A stretch of 64,000 bases of DNA from a virus (IMGVR_UViG_3300037847_002819:1-64000); one strand, 5' to 3'; positions 54,342 through 63,904 are shown, counted from the stretch's first letter. The notes: generated by a model not told the origin, from the letters alone. A program made the numbers and translations.

Positions 54342-55421
54342 ATGAAAGGAGAGAAATGGACAACAGGACAAATAATGAGAGGCGCATATTTGCGCTTAGT
54401 GGAAAAAAGAACTTGGCCGCAAATTAAAACACAGATGGAAAAAGAAGGCTTTCCTGTTAGAAGTGTTGATAATTATGGTGCTACAATTAGAAGATGTATC
54501 AATCAATATAACATATCTTTTGATGATGAACCTAAAACAAGTGATTGGAGAAGTGACCCTGCCACAAGAAAACAATGCAGGTATATTGCTTCTATGACAC
54601 TACCCGATGGTAAAAATAGCGAAATCACTAAATTAACAAATGAGTTAATAGAAGCCTCAAAGCGTGGTGAATTTGATAAAGAGGCCGCTAATGAGCAGAT
54701 TAAACTATTAGAAACTACTCTATTAGAGGCTCAATCTTTCAATGTTAAAGCGAAGAATAATACTAACTTGTTATACAGTGGTGTTGCTACCCGTTGGACT
54801 CCAAAAGAAGATGCTCTTTTGGTTAATTGGATGAATGAGCATAAAGACGGAGAACAGGGTTTTCCTCCTAATCTGAATAGAACCCCTAGAGCGTGTCGTG
54901 AAAGATGGTTGAGAAGCCTAAAACATCTAACTCCTTCTATTAAGACTGTTAGAAAGAATGGCACATATACTCTTCAAGATGAAACACCTTTGGAGCAAAC
55001 ATTGGTGTATTATGAAGAACCTAAGAATACAAGTAAAAGACCTAAAAATTGGACTCGCTTGAATAATGAAAGTATTGAATATCCTAATACTAACAAACCG
55101 TGGACATATGATGAATCATTAGAAGCATTGGTAATGTGGCATTCTATGTCAATTGATGATGCGAGAGAAAAGTTTGGTCGCCCATATTGGGTGATAGCAA
55201 AACATATCGAGAAGCATTTTGATTTTACATATGCTGAAAGTAAATCGTTGCTTATGGAGGCCGCAGGTATCAAGAATCAATTAGAGGCTAATAAGTTAGC
55301 AGAAAAGAAACCTTCGCTTAGGAAGCGTTGGAGAGACAAGAGAAACGCTAAAAAGCAAAGGCGACTAGAGAAGAAACTAGCAAAGACCCAAAGAAAATTG
55401 GAGAAGATGGAGTTGGAATAA
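54342..55421 (+). CDS. Myb/SANT-like repeat DNA-binding protein
   Basis: KWTTGQ, RWTPKEDALL...NRTPRACRERW, PWTYDES. Confidence 0.7.
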   Translation: MKGEKWTTGQIMRGAYLRLVEKRTWPQIKTQMEKEGFPVRSVDNYGATIRRCINQYNISFDDEPKTSDWRSDPATRKQCRYIASMTLPDGKNSEITKLTNELIEASKRGEFDKEAANEQIKLLETTLLEAQSFNVKAKNNTNLLYSGVATRWTPKEDALLVNWMNEHKDGEQGFPPNLNRTPRACRERWLRSLKHLTPSIKTVRKNGTYTLQDETPLEQTLVYYEEPKNTSKRPKNWTRLNNESIEYPNTNKPWTYDESLEALVMWHSMSIDDAREKFGRPYWVIAKHIEKHFDFTYAESKSLLMEAAGIKNQLEANKLAEKKPSLRKRWRDKRNAKKQRRLEKKLAKTQRKLEKMELE

Positions 55422-55910
55422 ATGAATGGTAAATTTAATACAGTAATGAAAAGAATAGATTTAGAAGCAAATAGATTAAAGGCTGAATTATACATAGATG
55501 CTTATTATGAACAAGGTATGGAAATAAAAGATTTATTTGAACATATTTGGTTTGCTTCAACAGAAATACTGAATGGTTTAGAGGTTCAAGTTGTTATTGA
55601 TTCTAATGACGCTATTCATATTTCGTCAGGTTCAGCAGGTTATGTTGATTTTCAAATTGACCCTGTTGGAATGAAATTACCGATTAAGTGCTGGATTCAC
55701 ACACACCCATTCGGTAGTGCTTATTTCAGTGGAACTGATATTAGAACAGTTAGTATTTGGCAACCATTAATGAAGACTGCTTATGTGTTAGGTGGAGATG
55801 GGCATTATGGTTCTTGGAATCAAAAAGAACCTTATCTATTAGATATATACCGTAACCATGAATATGAAAGAACACAAGTTTGGGTTAGAAAAGGAGATGA
55901 AGAAGAATGA
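55422..55910 (+). CDS. JAB/MPN+ (JAMM) metalloprotease, deubiquitinase-like
   Basis: Upstream Glu (GLEVQ) and WIHTHPFGSAYFSGTD (HxH-x7-S-x2-D). Confidence 0.88.
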   Translation: MNGKFNTVMKRIDLEANRLKAELYIDAYYEQGMEIKDLFEHIWFASTEILNGLEVQVVIDSNDAIHISSGSAGYVDFQIDPVGMKLPIKCWIHTHPFGSAYFSGTDIRTVSIWQPLMKTAYVLGGDGHYGSWNQKEPYLLDIYRNHEYERTQVWVRKGDEEE

Positions 55911-56221
55911 GATTTAGAAGAATTAAAAGTGGAAATAATGCAATTAGACAATACAAAGGAAAGCCGTTCAATAAAGAAACGCAGTATGGCGAATCGGATG
56001 CTAAGGCAGTCGCTAGAATAACTCTAAGTGAAAGAAAGCGAAGACATATGTCAAAACACCCTAATGATGAAAATACTACTAATCCAAACAAGGGAGTTTA
56101 TTGGGGCAAGAAAGGTAAGTCTCACAAAGACTTAATGGAATTCCATAAGAATCATATTTGGACATATATTGATGCTGATATGAATAAGGGATGGGTTAAC
56201 ATCAGTGGTGAAGAAGAATGA
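55907..56221 (+). CDS. Basic hypothetical protein
   Basis: ATGA overlap. Confidence 0.65.
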   Translation: MRFRRIKSGNNAIRQYKGKPFNKETQYGESDAKAVARITLSERKRRHMSKHPNDENTTNPNKGVYWGKKGKSHKDLMEFHKNHIWTYIDADMNKGWVNISGEEE

Positions 56222-56490
56222 TACAATGGATGCTTAGGAAGACAATATGGTTTATGGGTCTTGTTTATGTTACATTAGACAAGTTTGTAAAATATGAAGA
56301 TAGTGATAAAATCTTAGGTATTAAGATTGATGATGATTTTCAAAGAATGACAAGAAGAGAATTATGTAATTATGTCGAATTTAAGTTTGGCTGGGATGAA
56401 GGTTCTTTTTGGGGATTGCAGTCCACACAGAAAATTAGAGTATGTTGCCAAGTGGCAAGAAATAATAGATTCAAAGGTGAAGAAGAATGA
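56218..56490 (+). CDS. Hypothetical protein
   Basis: ATGA overlap. Confidence 0.65.
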   Translation: MIQWMLRKTIWFMGLVYVTLDKFVKYEDSDKILGIKIDDDFQRMTRRELCNYVEFKFGWDEGSFWGLQSTQKIRVCCQVARNNRFKGEEE

Positions 56491-56662
56491 ATACAAAAGT
56501 AAAGGCAGAAGTGTTAGATGAAATAATAAGTTATTTGGATATTATGAGAGAGAACAGTCAACATCATCAAGATGAATATGACGCTATTCAGTTTTTGCTA
56601 AATAACAGAACAAAAACAATTTGGCAGTTGCCATTTGAAATAACCCCTTTAGGTGATGCGGA

Positions 56663-56878
56663 ATGAAAGCAGTAGGAGAATATGTAATTGTAAAAATAGA
56701 AGAAACAAAAAGCGAAAGTGGTATTTTAACTAAAGCCGCTAATCAAGGAAGAGTGATAGATTGTAAGGTTGATACTAGCCTTAGAGATAAGATTGTTCTT
56801 TTTAACGATAAGAGAGACTATACAAGACAAAACGATATTTTGTTTATTCCCTATGAGTTTATCTTGGCGGTGGTATAA
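56663..56878 (+). CDS. groES: Co-chaperonin GroES (Cpn10), short
   Basis: MKAVGEYVIVK, mobile-loop SESGIL, GRVI, ends ILAVV; upstream of GroEL. Confidence 0.8.
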   Translation: MKAVGEYVIVKIEETKSESGILTKAANQGRVIDCKVDTSLRDKIVLFNDKRDYTRQNDILFIPYEFILAVV

Positions 56879-57027
56879 TGTGCGATAATTGCGGTCAAAA
56901 TGCAACTAGATACAAAGCGTTTGGTGCTACCGGCTGGAGATATTTTTGTAGTGAAAGATGCTACGCTAGATTTAATGCTATGCCTATTCAAGAAGAAGGA
57001 TATTATGGATTGGAGAGATTAGAATGA
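56878..57027 (+). CDS. Small TRASH/YHS-like Zn-finger protein (49 aa)
   Basis: MCDNCG...YFCSERC; overlaps both neighbours. Confidence 0.6.
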   Translation: MCDNCGQNATRYKAFGATGWRYFCSERCYARFNAMPIQEEGYYGLERLE

Positions 57028-58541
57028 TAATTAATGGAGAAGAAGTAAAAGAGAAATTAAAAGAAGGGATTGATTTAGTAGCAAATACTGTTAAACCAAC
57101 ATTAGGGCCACAAGCAAAAACAGTTATTTTGCAAGGTAATCCTCCTGTTATAATTAATGACGGAGTTACAATTACTAAGTATGTATCAAGTAATGACCCT
57201 TATGTTCAAATGGGAGTCCAAATGGTGCAAAACTTAGCAAGTAAAGCACAGGATAATTCGGGCGATGGAACAACAACGGCCTGTATTATTGCTCAAGCAC
57301 TTGTTGAGAATATTCAGAAACAAGAGAATTATAACATTAGAGTGCTTCAAAATGAATTACAAGAGGCTCAAGAAATTATTGCGTCTTATCTGATAGATAA
57401 CGCAATACCTATTCTTGATGATGATATTCTGAATGTTGCTACTATTGCGGCTAATAATGATGATGAGTTAGGTTCTCTAATTCAAGAGGCTATCAATGCG
57501 GTAGGTCGTGACGGTATCATTACAGTTGAAGAATCCAAAACTCATAAGACACAAATAGTTACAAGAAGTGGTTTAGAGTTTGATGAAGGTTATCTAAGTC
57601 ATATGATGTGTAATGGAGATGATGGTAAAGTAACATTTGATAATCCCGTTATCTTTTCATCTAATCTAAACATTAGACACTTTCAAGAAATACTTCCGTT
57701 GCTAGAATTATGTGCTAAGAATAAGAAACCATTGGTAATCATTTGTCGTGGTATGGAAGGCACTGCACTAAGTAATGTAATTATGAATGTTCTTCAAAAG
57801 ACAATTGAAGTAGCAGTGGTAAAAGCACCAAACTTCGGTGATGCTCAATTAGATGAGTTAGACGATATTGTAACTGTTTGTGGCGGTAAAATGTTTAACG
57901 AAGAAAGTAAAGATGAGCCGTCTATGGCTACTTTGGATGAGTTAGGAACTGCTGATAAAATAATCATATCTAAAGATAATACTGTTATTATTGGTGGAGG
58001 TAATGCTGGTTCTGATTCAAAAGAACAGAAGGTTTCCTCTCTAAAAGAATTGTATGAATCAACTGATGATAGGTATGACAAGATGCGCTACAAAAAGCGA
58101 ATAGCAAGATTGAATGGCGGTATTGCTACTATTCAAGTTGGTGCATCTTCACAAATGGAAATGCGTGAAACTAAAGAAAGATTAGATGATGCGCTTAATG
58201 CTACTAAAGCAGCACTTGACGAAGGTATTGTTATTGGTGGAGGTAAGGCACTTCTTAATGCTAGAGATTCTTTAGATGTAGCAAAGAAGGGTCATCATGT
58301 AGTGTATGAATCGTTAATTGCCCCGTTTATGACTTTATGTGATAACAGTAGTGTTGATGATTTGCATTATCTTCCTTTAGAAACAAATGAATCAATAAAT
58401 GCTATGACGGGTGAAGTAGGAAATATGTTTGAATTGGGTATTGTTGACCCTGTAAAGGTAACTAGAAACAGTTTCCTTGCGGCTATGTCAATAGCAAAAC
58501 TTTTCCTAACTACCGAAGTAGCAGTTTTGAGAGAGGAATGA
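57024..58541 (+). CDS. groEL: Group I chaperonin GroEL
   Basis: VKPTLGP, INDGVTI, GDGTTT, GIITVEE, FDEGYLS, VKAPNFGD, GIVDPVKV. Confidence 0.95.
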   Translation: MIINGEEVKEKLKEGIDLVANTVKPTLGPQAKTVILQGNPPVIINDGVTITKYVSSNDPYVQMGVQMVQNLASKAQDNSGDGTTTACIIAQALVENIQKQENYNIRVLQNELQEAQEIIASYLIDNAIPILDDDILNVATIAANNDDELGSLIQEAINAVGRDGIITVEESKTHKTQIVTRSGLEFDEGYLSHMMCNGDDGKVTFDNPVIFSSNLNIRHFQEILPLLELCAKNKKPLVIICRGMEGTALSNVIMNVLQKTIEVAVVKAPNFGDAQLDELDDIVTVCGGKMFNEESKDEPSMATLDELGTADKIIISKDNTVIIGGGNAGSDSKEQKVSSLKELYESTDDRYDKMRYKKRIARLNGGIATIQVGASSQMEMRETKERLDDALNATKAALDEGIVIGGGKALLNARDSLDVAKKGHHVVYESLIAPFMTLCDNSSVDDLHYLPLETNESINAMTGEVGNMFELGIVDPVKVTRNSFLAAMSIAKLFLTTEVAVLREE

Positions 58542-58945
58542 ATATGAAGAAAAGAGCCGTAACTGTAACTTTACCTGCTCCTCATGCGGCAGAAGTTAAA
58601 TGTCCTATTTGTGAAGGTAACAAGTGTAAAGTTTGCAAAATGACAGGAAAGTTATCTATTCAAGTAGCACCAAAGATACCTATTCAAAGAGCGCATATTA
58701 TCAAATATGTCATTGAGAATATACATGATGTTGCTAACGAAATAACTAGAAATTATGGCTTAGTCCCAGAAGTAAATACTATTGAGGTCATTGAAATAAA
58801 TGAAGGCCAATACGAAATAGTGCAAGTATCATCACTAGGCGGTGCTTGTTGGGTAGTAAATCGTTTAGATGAATTAGATACACCAAGATACTTTACTTCA
58901 AGAAAGGAGTTAGAGAAATTCAAGGAGGGATGGTTCAGTGAGTGA
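58538..58945 (+). CDS. Zn-finger protein
   Basis: CPICEGNKCKVC. Confidence 0.7.
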   Translation: MNMKKRAVTVTLPAPHAAEVKCPICEGNKCKVCKMTGKLSIQVAPKIPIQRAHIIKYVIENIHDVANEITRNYGLVPEVNTIEVIEINEGQYEIVQVSSLGGACWVVNRLDELDTPRYFTSRKELEKFKEGWFSE

Positions 58946-59135
58946 GCCAATGGAAATAAAAGGAAGGATTGTTAGAAATGCCAACGATGAAGTCCTTGTT
59001 AAAAGAGGAATTTATTGGAACATAGAAGTTATGGATATTAGATGGTATAAGAATGACAAACCAACAAAAGGTATTCGTCTAAATATAGAGGAAGCCAAAA
59101 CATTACTGAACATATTAAAGAGGGAATTAGAATGA
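58938..59135 (+). CDS. PC4-like ssDNA-binding protein
   Basis: VMDIRWY...PTKGIRLNIEE pattern. Confidence 0.75.
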   Translation: MSEPMEIKGRIVRNANDEVLVKRGIYWNIEVMDIRWYKNDKPTKGIRLNIEEAKTLLNILKRELE

Positions 59136-59413
59136 AATTTAGAATTAGTGAAGTGCAAGCGAAAGCGAGTGTTAGAAAAGCGAATAAGCATAGGCAATTT
59201 GAAATGGGTGCTTTAGATAGACATAGAAGATATTCAACTGAATTGATTGATTTGTGGTCTGCATTCATAGAATTAGAAATGCCCGTTGGTGCGGGTGAAG
59301 GAAGAGGTTCAAGAGTAACTAAGGAACATATTGATAAATCTTGGAGTAAGTTTCAAGGTCATATGTTGAAATTATTATTATTGAATAGACTGTTTGGAGA
59401 TGAAGAAGAATGA
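59132..59413 (+). CDS. Divergent histone-fold-like protein
   Basis: ISEVQAKASVRKA...ALD...long helix...RVTKEHI. Confidence 0.45.
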   Translation: MKFRISEVQAKASVRKANKHRQFEMGALDRHRRYSTELIDLWSAFIELEMPVGAGEGRGSRVTKEHIDKSWSKFQGHMLKLLLLNRLFGDEEE

Positions 59414-59778
59414 ATTTGAATAAGATATTTTTAGATGTAACGAATGATAAAAGATTTGTTGAATGGGCAAAAGCGATGAAAAAGAAAATTAAGAACAACC
59501 CTGCGGCATTGGCTCATTTTGAGCAAAATTATGCCGTAGTTAGGAATGGTATGTTCTTACCAAGAGCATCATTTGTGATGTATTGGGAAATGTTTAATTC
59601 CGACAATTTGGCTAGATTAGCACCTGCTATCAGTCAAGCCTCGATGATTCATATGCTACATCGTTTAATGGAACAAAATAAAAATGAAGAGTCAGCAGTA
59701 ATGCAGACTATGATGATTAATTATGTTAGAATGATGAACAGTATAGAACAAGGGGCGGCTTCTGATGAAGAAGAATGA
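59410..59778 (+). CDS. Hypothetical protein
   Basis: ATGA overlap. Confidence 0.7.
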   Translation: MNLNKIFLDVTNDKRFVEWAKAMKKKIKNNPAALAHFEQNYAVVRNGMFLPRASFVMYWEMFNSDNLARLAPAISQASMIHMLHRLMEQNKNEESAVMQTMMINYVRMMNSIEQGAASDEEE

Positions 59779-59998
59779 ATGGATTTACTTAGCAAATGCT
59801 ATGTGGACTTATGCTGAAAAGCATGAAGGTAAAATTAGCCGCCTTCTAAAAGAATTGGTTAAAATAGTAAATAAAAATATGGAGATGATTATAAATGACA
59901 ATGAACAGACTAGCGAGACTATTAGAAAGCACAGACCAGAAAACACCAACACAACAAGTTTCGATGATAACGGAACAAGTGGGAACATTCAAGAATAA
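59765..59998 (+). CDS. Hypothetical protein
   Basis: Short ORF; its 3' part overlaps the ligase start. Confidence 0.5.
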   Translation: MKKNEWIYLANAMWTYAEKHEGKISRLLKELVKIVNKNMEMIINDNEQTSETIRKHRPENTNTTSFDDNGTSGNIQE

Positions 59999-61424
59999 AC
60001 CAGCACTATTCGCAATTTTGGCTAGAGAATATCCTAATAATAACATAGGATTATCAAGAGCGAAAAAGTGGATGGCTAAGATATACGATGTTTTTGAAGA
60101 TGAAATAGAAATTGAATACAAAGCACATGATGATTTAGGAGATGCTATCTATTACTTGGATATATCAGCAGAAACAAAAGAACAAACTCCGCTATCAAGT
60201 GTATTGAGTTTGCTTTCTATGGATTGTGATGGTATCAAAACTGAATCTTTCAAAACTATACAACACGCTATTATTAATATGAGTGCATTAGAATGTCGTT
60301 GGTTTATCCGCTATTGGCTAAAGACACCACGCAACGGAATCAATAGTGGTATTGTTAAGAAAGTAATAGCAAAACACTACAACAAGAAGGTATCAGAAGT
60401 TAAGAAGCATTGTAACTTTAACACTATTTCTGATGTGGTAAGATATTATGAATCTAATTCTGAACCACCTACTAATCTAGAACATGGGTCTTTTGTAGCA
60501 CCTATGTTAGCAAAAGAAATACCTATGAACAAATGGCCTGTTAATAGAATCGTTGATTACAAATATGATGGTAATAGGTATCAGATTCACAAAGAAGGAG
60601 ACAGTGTAATTATCTTTAACCGCAAAGGAAATATTGTTACTCCGCAGTTTCAAGATGTAGTCGAACAAGTTAGAAAATACAATGTTCACACTTGTATTCT
60701 TGATGGGGAAATATATCCTATTAATGAAGATGGTTCACCTGCTGAACATAAACTAATGGGAACAAGAGTCCATTCTAAGAATCACGAAGAAGCAAGAGAA
60801 AGGGTCAAAGTAAAATGGGTTATTTTCGATTGCCTAAAGTTTGGTAAGGACACCATTATGGACTTGCCGTATTCTGATAGATTAATAGCGATTAAAACAT
60901 TACCCGACCAAGCACATAGAATGACAGGAACAGATACCTTAGCATTTTACAATAGAGCAATCAATGACGGCTTTGAAGGCATTATAGTTAAGGATGCCTC
61001 TTTGCCTTATGAATCCGGTAAAAGAAGTGTTGGTTGGGCTAAATACAAACCCCCTAGAATTAATCTAGATGTAGTTGTTCTTAGTGCAAAGTATGGTGAA
61101 GGAAGAAGGGCAAATGTATTTGCTTCATTCGCTATGGGAGTTAGAAGTGAACATGGTGATTATGTTCCTTTAGGTTCTATTGGTAGTGGTTTCAGTGATT
61201 CGCAGTTAGTTAGATTGACAAATGATTTAAGAAGAAATATTGATAGTCATTCTAATGGCACATATCACTTCATCCCAAGAATTGTTCTTGAAGTAACTGC
61301 TGATTTAATTTCACAAGATGCTCAAGGTAATTGGGGATTAAGGTTTCCAAGACTAGTTAGAATTAGAGATGATAAGTTTGTAGCAGATATTAATACATTT
61401 GATGATTTAATGGAGATGGTGTGA
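59895..61424 (+). CDS. lig: ATP-dependent DNA ligase (replicative type)
   Basis: N-terminal DBD, PMLA, KYDGNR, LDGEI, FDCL, EGIIVK, WAKYK, LRFPR. Confidence 0.95.
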   Translation: MTMNRLARLLESTDQKTPTQQVSMITEQVGTFKNKPALFAILAREYPNNNIGLSRAKKWMAKIYDVFEDEIEIEYKAHDDLGDAIYYLDISAETKEQTPLSSVLSLLSMDCDGIKTESFKTIQHAIINMSALECRWFIRYWLKTPRNGINSGIVKKVIAKHYNKKVSEVKKHCNFNTISDVVRYYESNSEPPTNLEHGSFVAPMLAKEIPMNKWPVNRIVDYKYDGNRYQIHKEGDSVIIFNRKGNIVTPQFQDVVEQVRKYNVHTCILDGEIYPINEDGSPAEHKLMGTRVHSKNHEEARERVKVKWVIFDCLKFGKDTIMDLPYSDRLIAIKTLPDQAHRMTGTDTLAFYNRAINDGFEGIIVKDASLPYESGKRSVGWAKYKPPRINLDVVVLSAKYGEGRRANVFASFAMGVRSEHGDYVPLGSIGSGFSDSQLVRLTNDLRRNIDSHSNGTYHFIPRIVLEVTADLISQDAQGNWGLRFPRLVRIRDDKFVADINTFDDLMEMV

Positions 61425-61858
61425 TGGGTGATGAATATGCAAAGCCGCATGATAAATATGTTGCAGATGAAAAGGGAAATATATTTTCAATAGAACAGTT
61501 AAACAAAAGGCAAACTGAAAGAATGTTGGAGTTATACAAGAAACGAATGAAGATTTCTATTAATAAACTAAGACATTTACATCATAGGATATATGATATT
61601 ATAGGCAAAAAATATCCCAAAGATGCGGCATTCAGAAGGGCAAAAATAGATAAGAAGATTAGTAAAGAGGCTGGTTTTGTATTGAACGATGACCTTCGTA
61701 ATGTTCATGCTAAAATAAAAGAGGCAGATATACAACATCAAGAAATCCTTAGACATAAGACATTTGTTAACATGGCTATTGTTCAATTAGAAAATGGTGC
61801 AGACCATGATTTGATTTTGAACCTGTTAAAACAAACACAAAGGAGTGAACCCGAATGA
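61421..61858 (+). CDS. Hypothetical helical protein
   Basis: Overlapping junctions. Confidence 0.7.
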   Translation: MMGDEYAKPHDKYVADEKGNIFSIEQLNKRQTERMLELYKKRMKISINKLRHLHHRIYDIIGKKYPKDAAFRRAKIDKKISKEAGFVLNDDLRNVHAKIKEADIQHQEILRHKTFVNMAIVQLENGADHDLILNLLKQTQRSEPE

Positions 61859-62301
61859 TACAGAAAGGACAATTGACAGTTATTGATATGGAGACATATA
61901 CTTGCATTGATGTAAAGGATGGATATGCTTATTTGAAAAATGTTCTTCACGAACAAGGCAGACCGAAAAAGATGCTTCAACATCTTGTTCCATACTTTAC
62001 AGAAGATGGTGAGTTTATAGAACCTAAACAACCGGAGAAGAAGAAATACTCTTCTAGAATCAGTCTTAAACAATTGATTAATAATAGCACTGAAATGCCG
62101 GTCAGTAGGTCTTTTGTTAGTTTATTGTCTGAATGGTTAGAAAGTGCTATTTCCGATATGGTAGTGTGGGCTGAAGATAATGCGAATGCTAAAAATCATC
62201 AAAGGATTTCAGCGCAACATTTGTATTGGTGGGAGTTGAGTCACACTCAAGAACCTAACGGGCATTGGCCTTCACAGGAAGATTATGTAAAGGAAAGGTG
62301 A
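61855..62301 (+). CDS. Protein with C-terminal archaeal histone fold
   Basis: SLKQLINNSTEMPVSRSFVSLLSEWLESAISDMVVWAEDNANAKNHQRISAQHL follows the HMf alpha1-L1-alpha2-L2-alpha3 pattern. Confidence 0.65.
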   Translation: MIQKGQLTVIDMETYTCIDVKDGYAYLKNVLHEQGRPKKMLQHLVPYFTEDGEFIEPKQPEKKKYSSRISLKQLINNSTEMPVSRSFVSLLSEWLESAISDMVVWAEDNANAKNHQRISAQHLYWWELSHTQEPNGHWPSQEDYVKER

Positions 62302-62305
62302 TTAT

Positions 62306-62662
62306 TTGCTTCAAGATGAACATATCCAAGAATGGATTAAAGAGTATGGAGGAGTTACTTCCTATACTTATCTTGTTTATGGAGAAGTTGATAATAGAGA
62401 TTTAATGATGATTCAACAAGGATTAACTCTTAGGTTAGTGCATAAAGGTCACGACCACATAATGTTATTTATTGAAGAAATAATTGATGAAGAGTTAGCG
62501 AATGCTTTAGGGCAATATAGAGGAACGCAAATCAATGTTGTTTTTCGAGGAGATAATTCAGATGTTGAAGACTTGATAACTTCAACAATTTCAGAAGGAT
62601 TAGAATATTTGAGATTGAAGCATGACTTTGTAGGAGTTATGGGAGCGAATGAATATGTATAG
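62306..62662 (+). CDS. Hypothetical acidic protein
   Basis: AGGTG RBS, TTG start. Confidence 0.65.
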   Translation: MLQDEHIQEWIKEYGGVTSYTYLVYGEVDNRDLMMIQQGLTLRLVHKGHDHIMLFIEEIIDEELANALGQYRGTQINVVFRGDNSDVEDLITSTISEGLEYLRLKHDFVGVMGANEYV

Positions 62663-63053
62663 TAAAGATATGATAGTAGGAATTATGTTAAGTGTAGGAA
62701 AACCGGAAATACAAATCATAAGAGATGATAATTCTAACATAGGTTATAGAGTTAGATTGATGGTTAAGTTAAGAGGAAGAGAAAAGTTTGTTGAGGCAGT
62801 GTCGAGAACACTTCTTCAACACGAAATAAAATCTTCTGTAATACAACAGGAATCTAAATCAAGACCTGCACCAATACTAAAAATTGGTGGCATTAAAAAT
62901 ATGTATAGATTGATGGTTTTAATCCATCCTCATCTTATTGATAAGAATGACCTATGGACTCCGTTTAGGAAAGCAGTAGGAATAGTTTCAGATAATAAAC
63001 ACTTAACGCTAGAAGGTATGGAAGAATTATTCCGTATAAAGGGATTGATATAA
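62649..63053 (+). CDS. LAGLIDADG-fold protein, probably catalytically degenerate
   Basis: IVGIMLSVG in place of LAGLIDADG; GYRVRL; ends KHLTLEGMEEL. Confidence 0.65.
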   Translation: MNMYSKDMIVGIMLSVGKPEIQIIRDDNSNIGYRVRLMVKLRGREKFVEAVSRTLLQHEIKSSVIQQESKSRPAPILKIGGIKNMYRLMVLIHPHLIDKNDLWTPFRKAVGIVSDNKHLTLEGMEELFRIKGLI

Positions 63054-63904
63054 TGGGTATGAGTAATTTGAATAACAATAGACCAATACTAATAACAGGA
63101 AAAACAGGAACAGGAAAAACAACAAAGGCAAAAGGTATGTTACCCAACGCTTTAGTTGTATATGCAAACGAAATGAACATTCAAGATTTAGGTTCTTTAC
63201 CTAAAGAGAATGGTATTATTATAGAAGATGTGCATTACAAACCTAATAAAGATTCTATTCTCAATGTTATTAGAAGGTATAGAGGTGAAATAGTTTTAAC
63301 TTCGTTAAATGAGAAAGATGTTCCAAAGGAAATCAAGGCTAAGTGCCAAATCAAGAGAGCAGGTTCTCATAATTATTTAGCCGAATCAATCAAAGAATTA
63401 GCACCGCATTGTCAAGAACCGTTTGCTTTAGATATGGACACCTACTCTTTAGTTATGTTCTATCTAAAAGAAACTGATAGAGACATTGTTTCGGAAGTAT
63501 TGAAACACAATAAACCAGCCGACACACAGATTATGTCTTGGCTTGTTGAAAACATTCACCCTAATAAGATATTATTTATTGATGGTGTAGTAAAAAGAAG
63601 ATGGAGTCAAAACTATTTCTATGAGATGTTGGCTTATTGCCATAGCGGTAATGTCTATGGAAGAATCAATATGCCATCAAGAGGTAGTTATTCTAAGATA
63701 CCTAGACTTCTAAAAAGAATAGGTATCAAGAATGGAGATAAAAGAATCTTTACACAAATGAAAAATGATGATGAGTTTGTAAAGTATGTTAAAACTAAGT
63801 TTAACAATGCTGATTGTAGGATTCTTAACTTAGGCGAAAAGAAAAGAAGAAAAAGAAAGGAAAAAATAAAAGTAAAAATGAATACATTGGAGGAATATTT
63901 ATGA
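63053..63904 (+). CDS. AAA+ ATPase, replication factor C (clamp loader)-like
   Basis: ILITGKTGTGKTT, Walker B IIIEDV, IVLTS. Confidence 0.7.
   Translation: MGMSNLNNNRPILITGKTGTGKTTKAKGMLPNALVVYANEMNIQDLGSLPKENGIIIEDVHYKPNKDSILNVIRRYRGEIVLTSLNEKDVPKEIKAKCQIKRAGSHNYLAESIKELAPHCQEPFALDMDTYSLVMFYLKETDRDIVSEVLKHNKPADTQIMSWLVENIHPNKILFIDGVVKRRWSQNYFYEMLAYCHSGNVYGRINMPSRGSYSKIPRLLKRIGIKNGDKRIFTQMKNDDEFVKYVKTKFNNADCRILNLGEKKRRKRKEKIKVKMNTLEEYL

Noticed and set aside
43795-59778. Many proteins end in GEEE/KEE/GDEEE, suggesting a C-terminal signal
   Set aside because: Explained by the next gene's RBS (GGTGA/GGAGG plus GAAGAA) and ATGA overlap being encoded in the last codons.
42081-63180. Minus-strand and alternate-frame ORFs in the early region
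   Set aside because: They overlap well-supported plus-strand genes and have no motifs or RBS.
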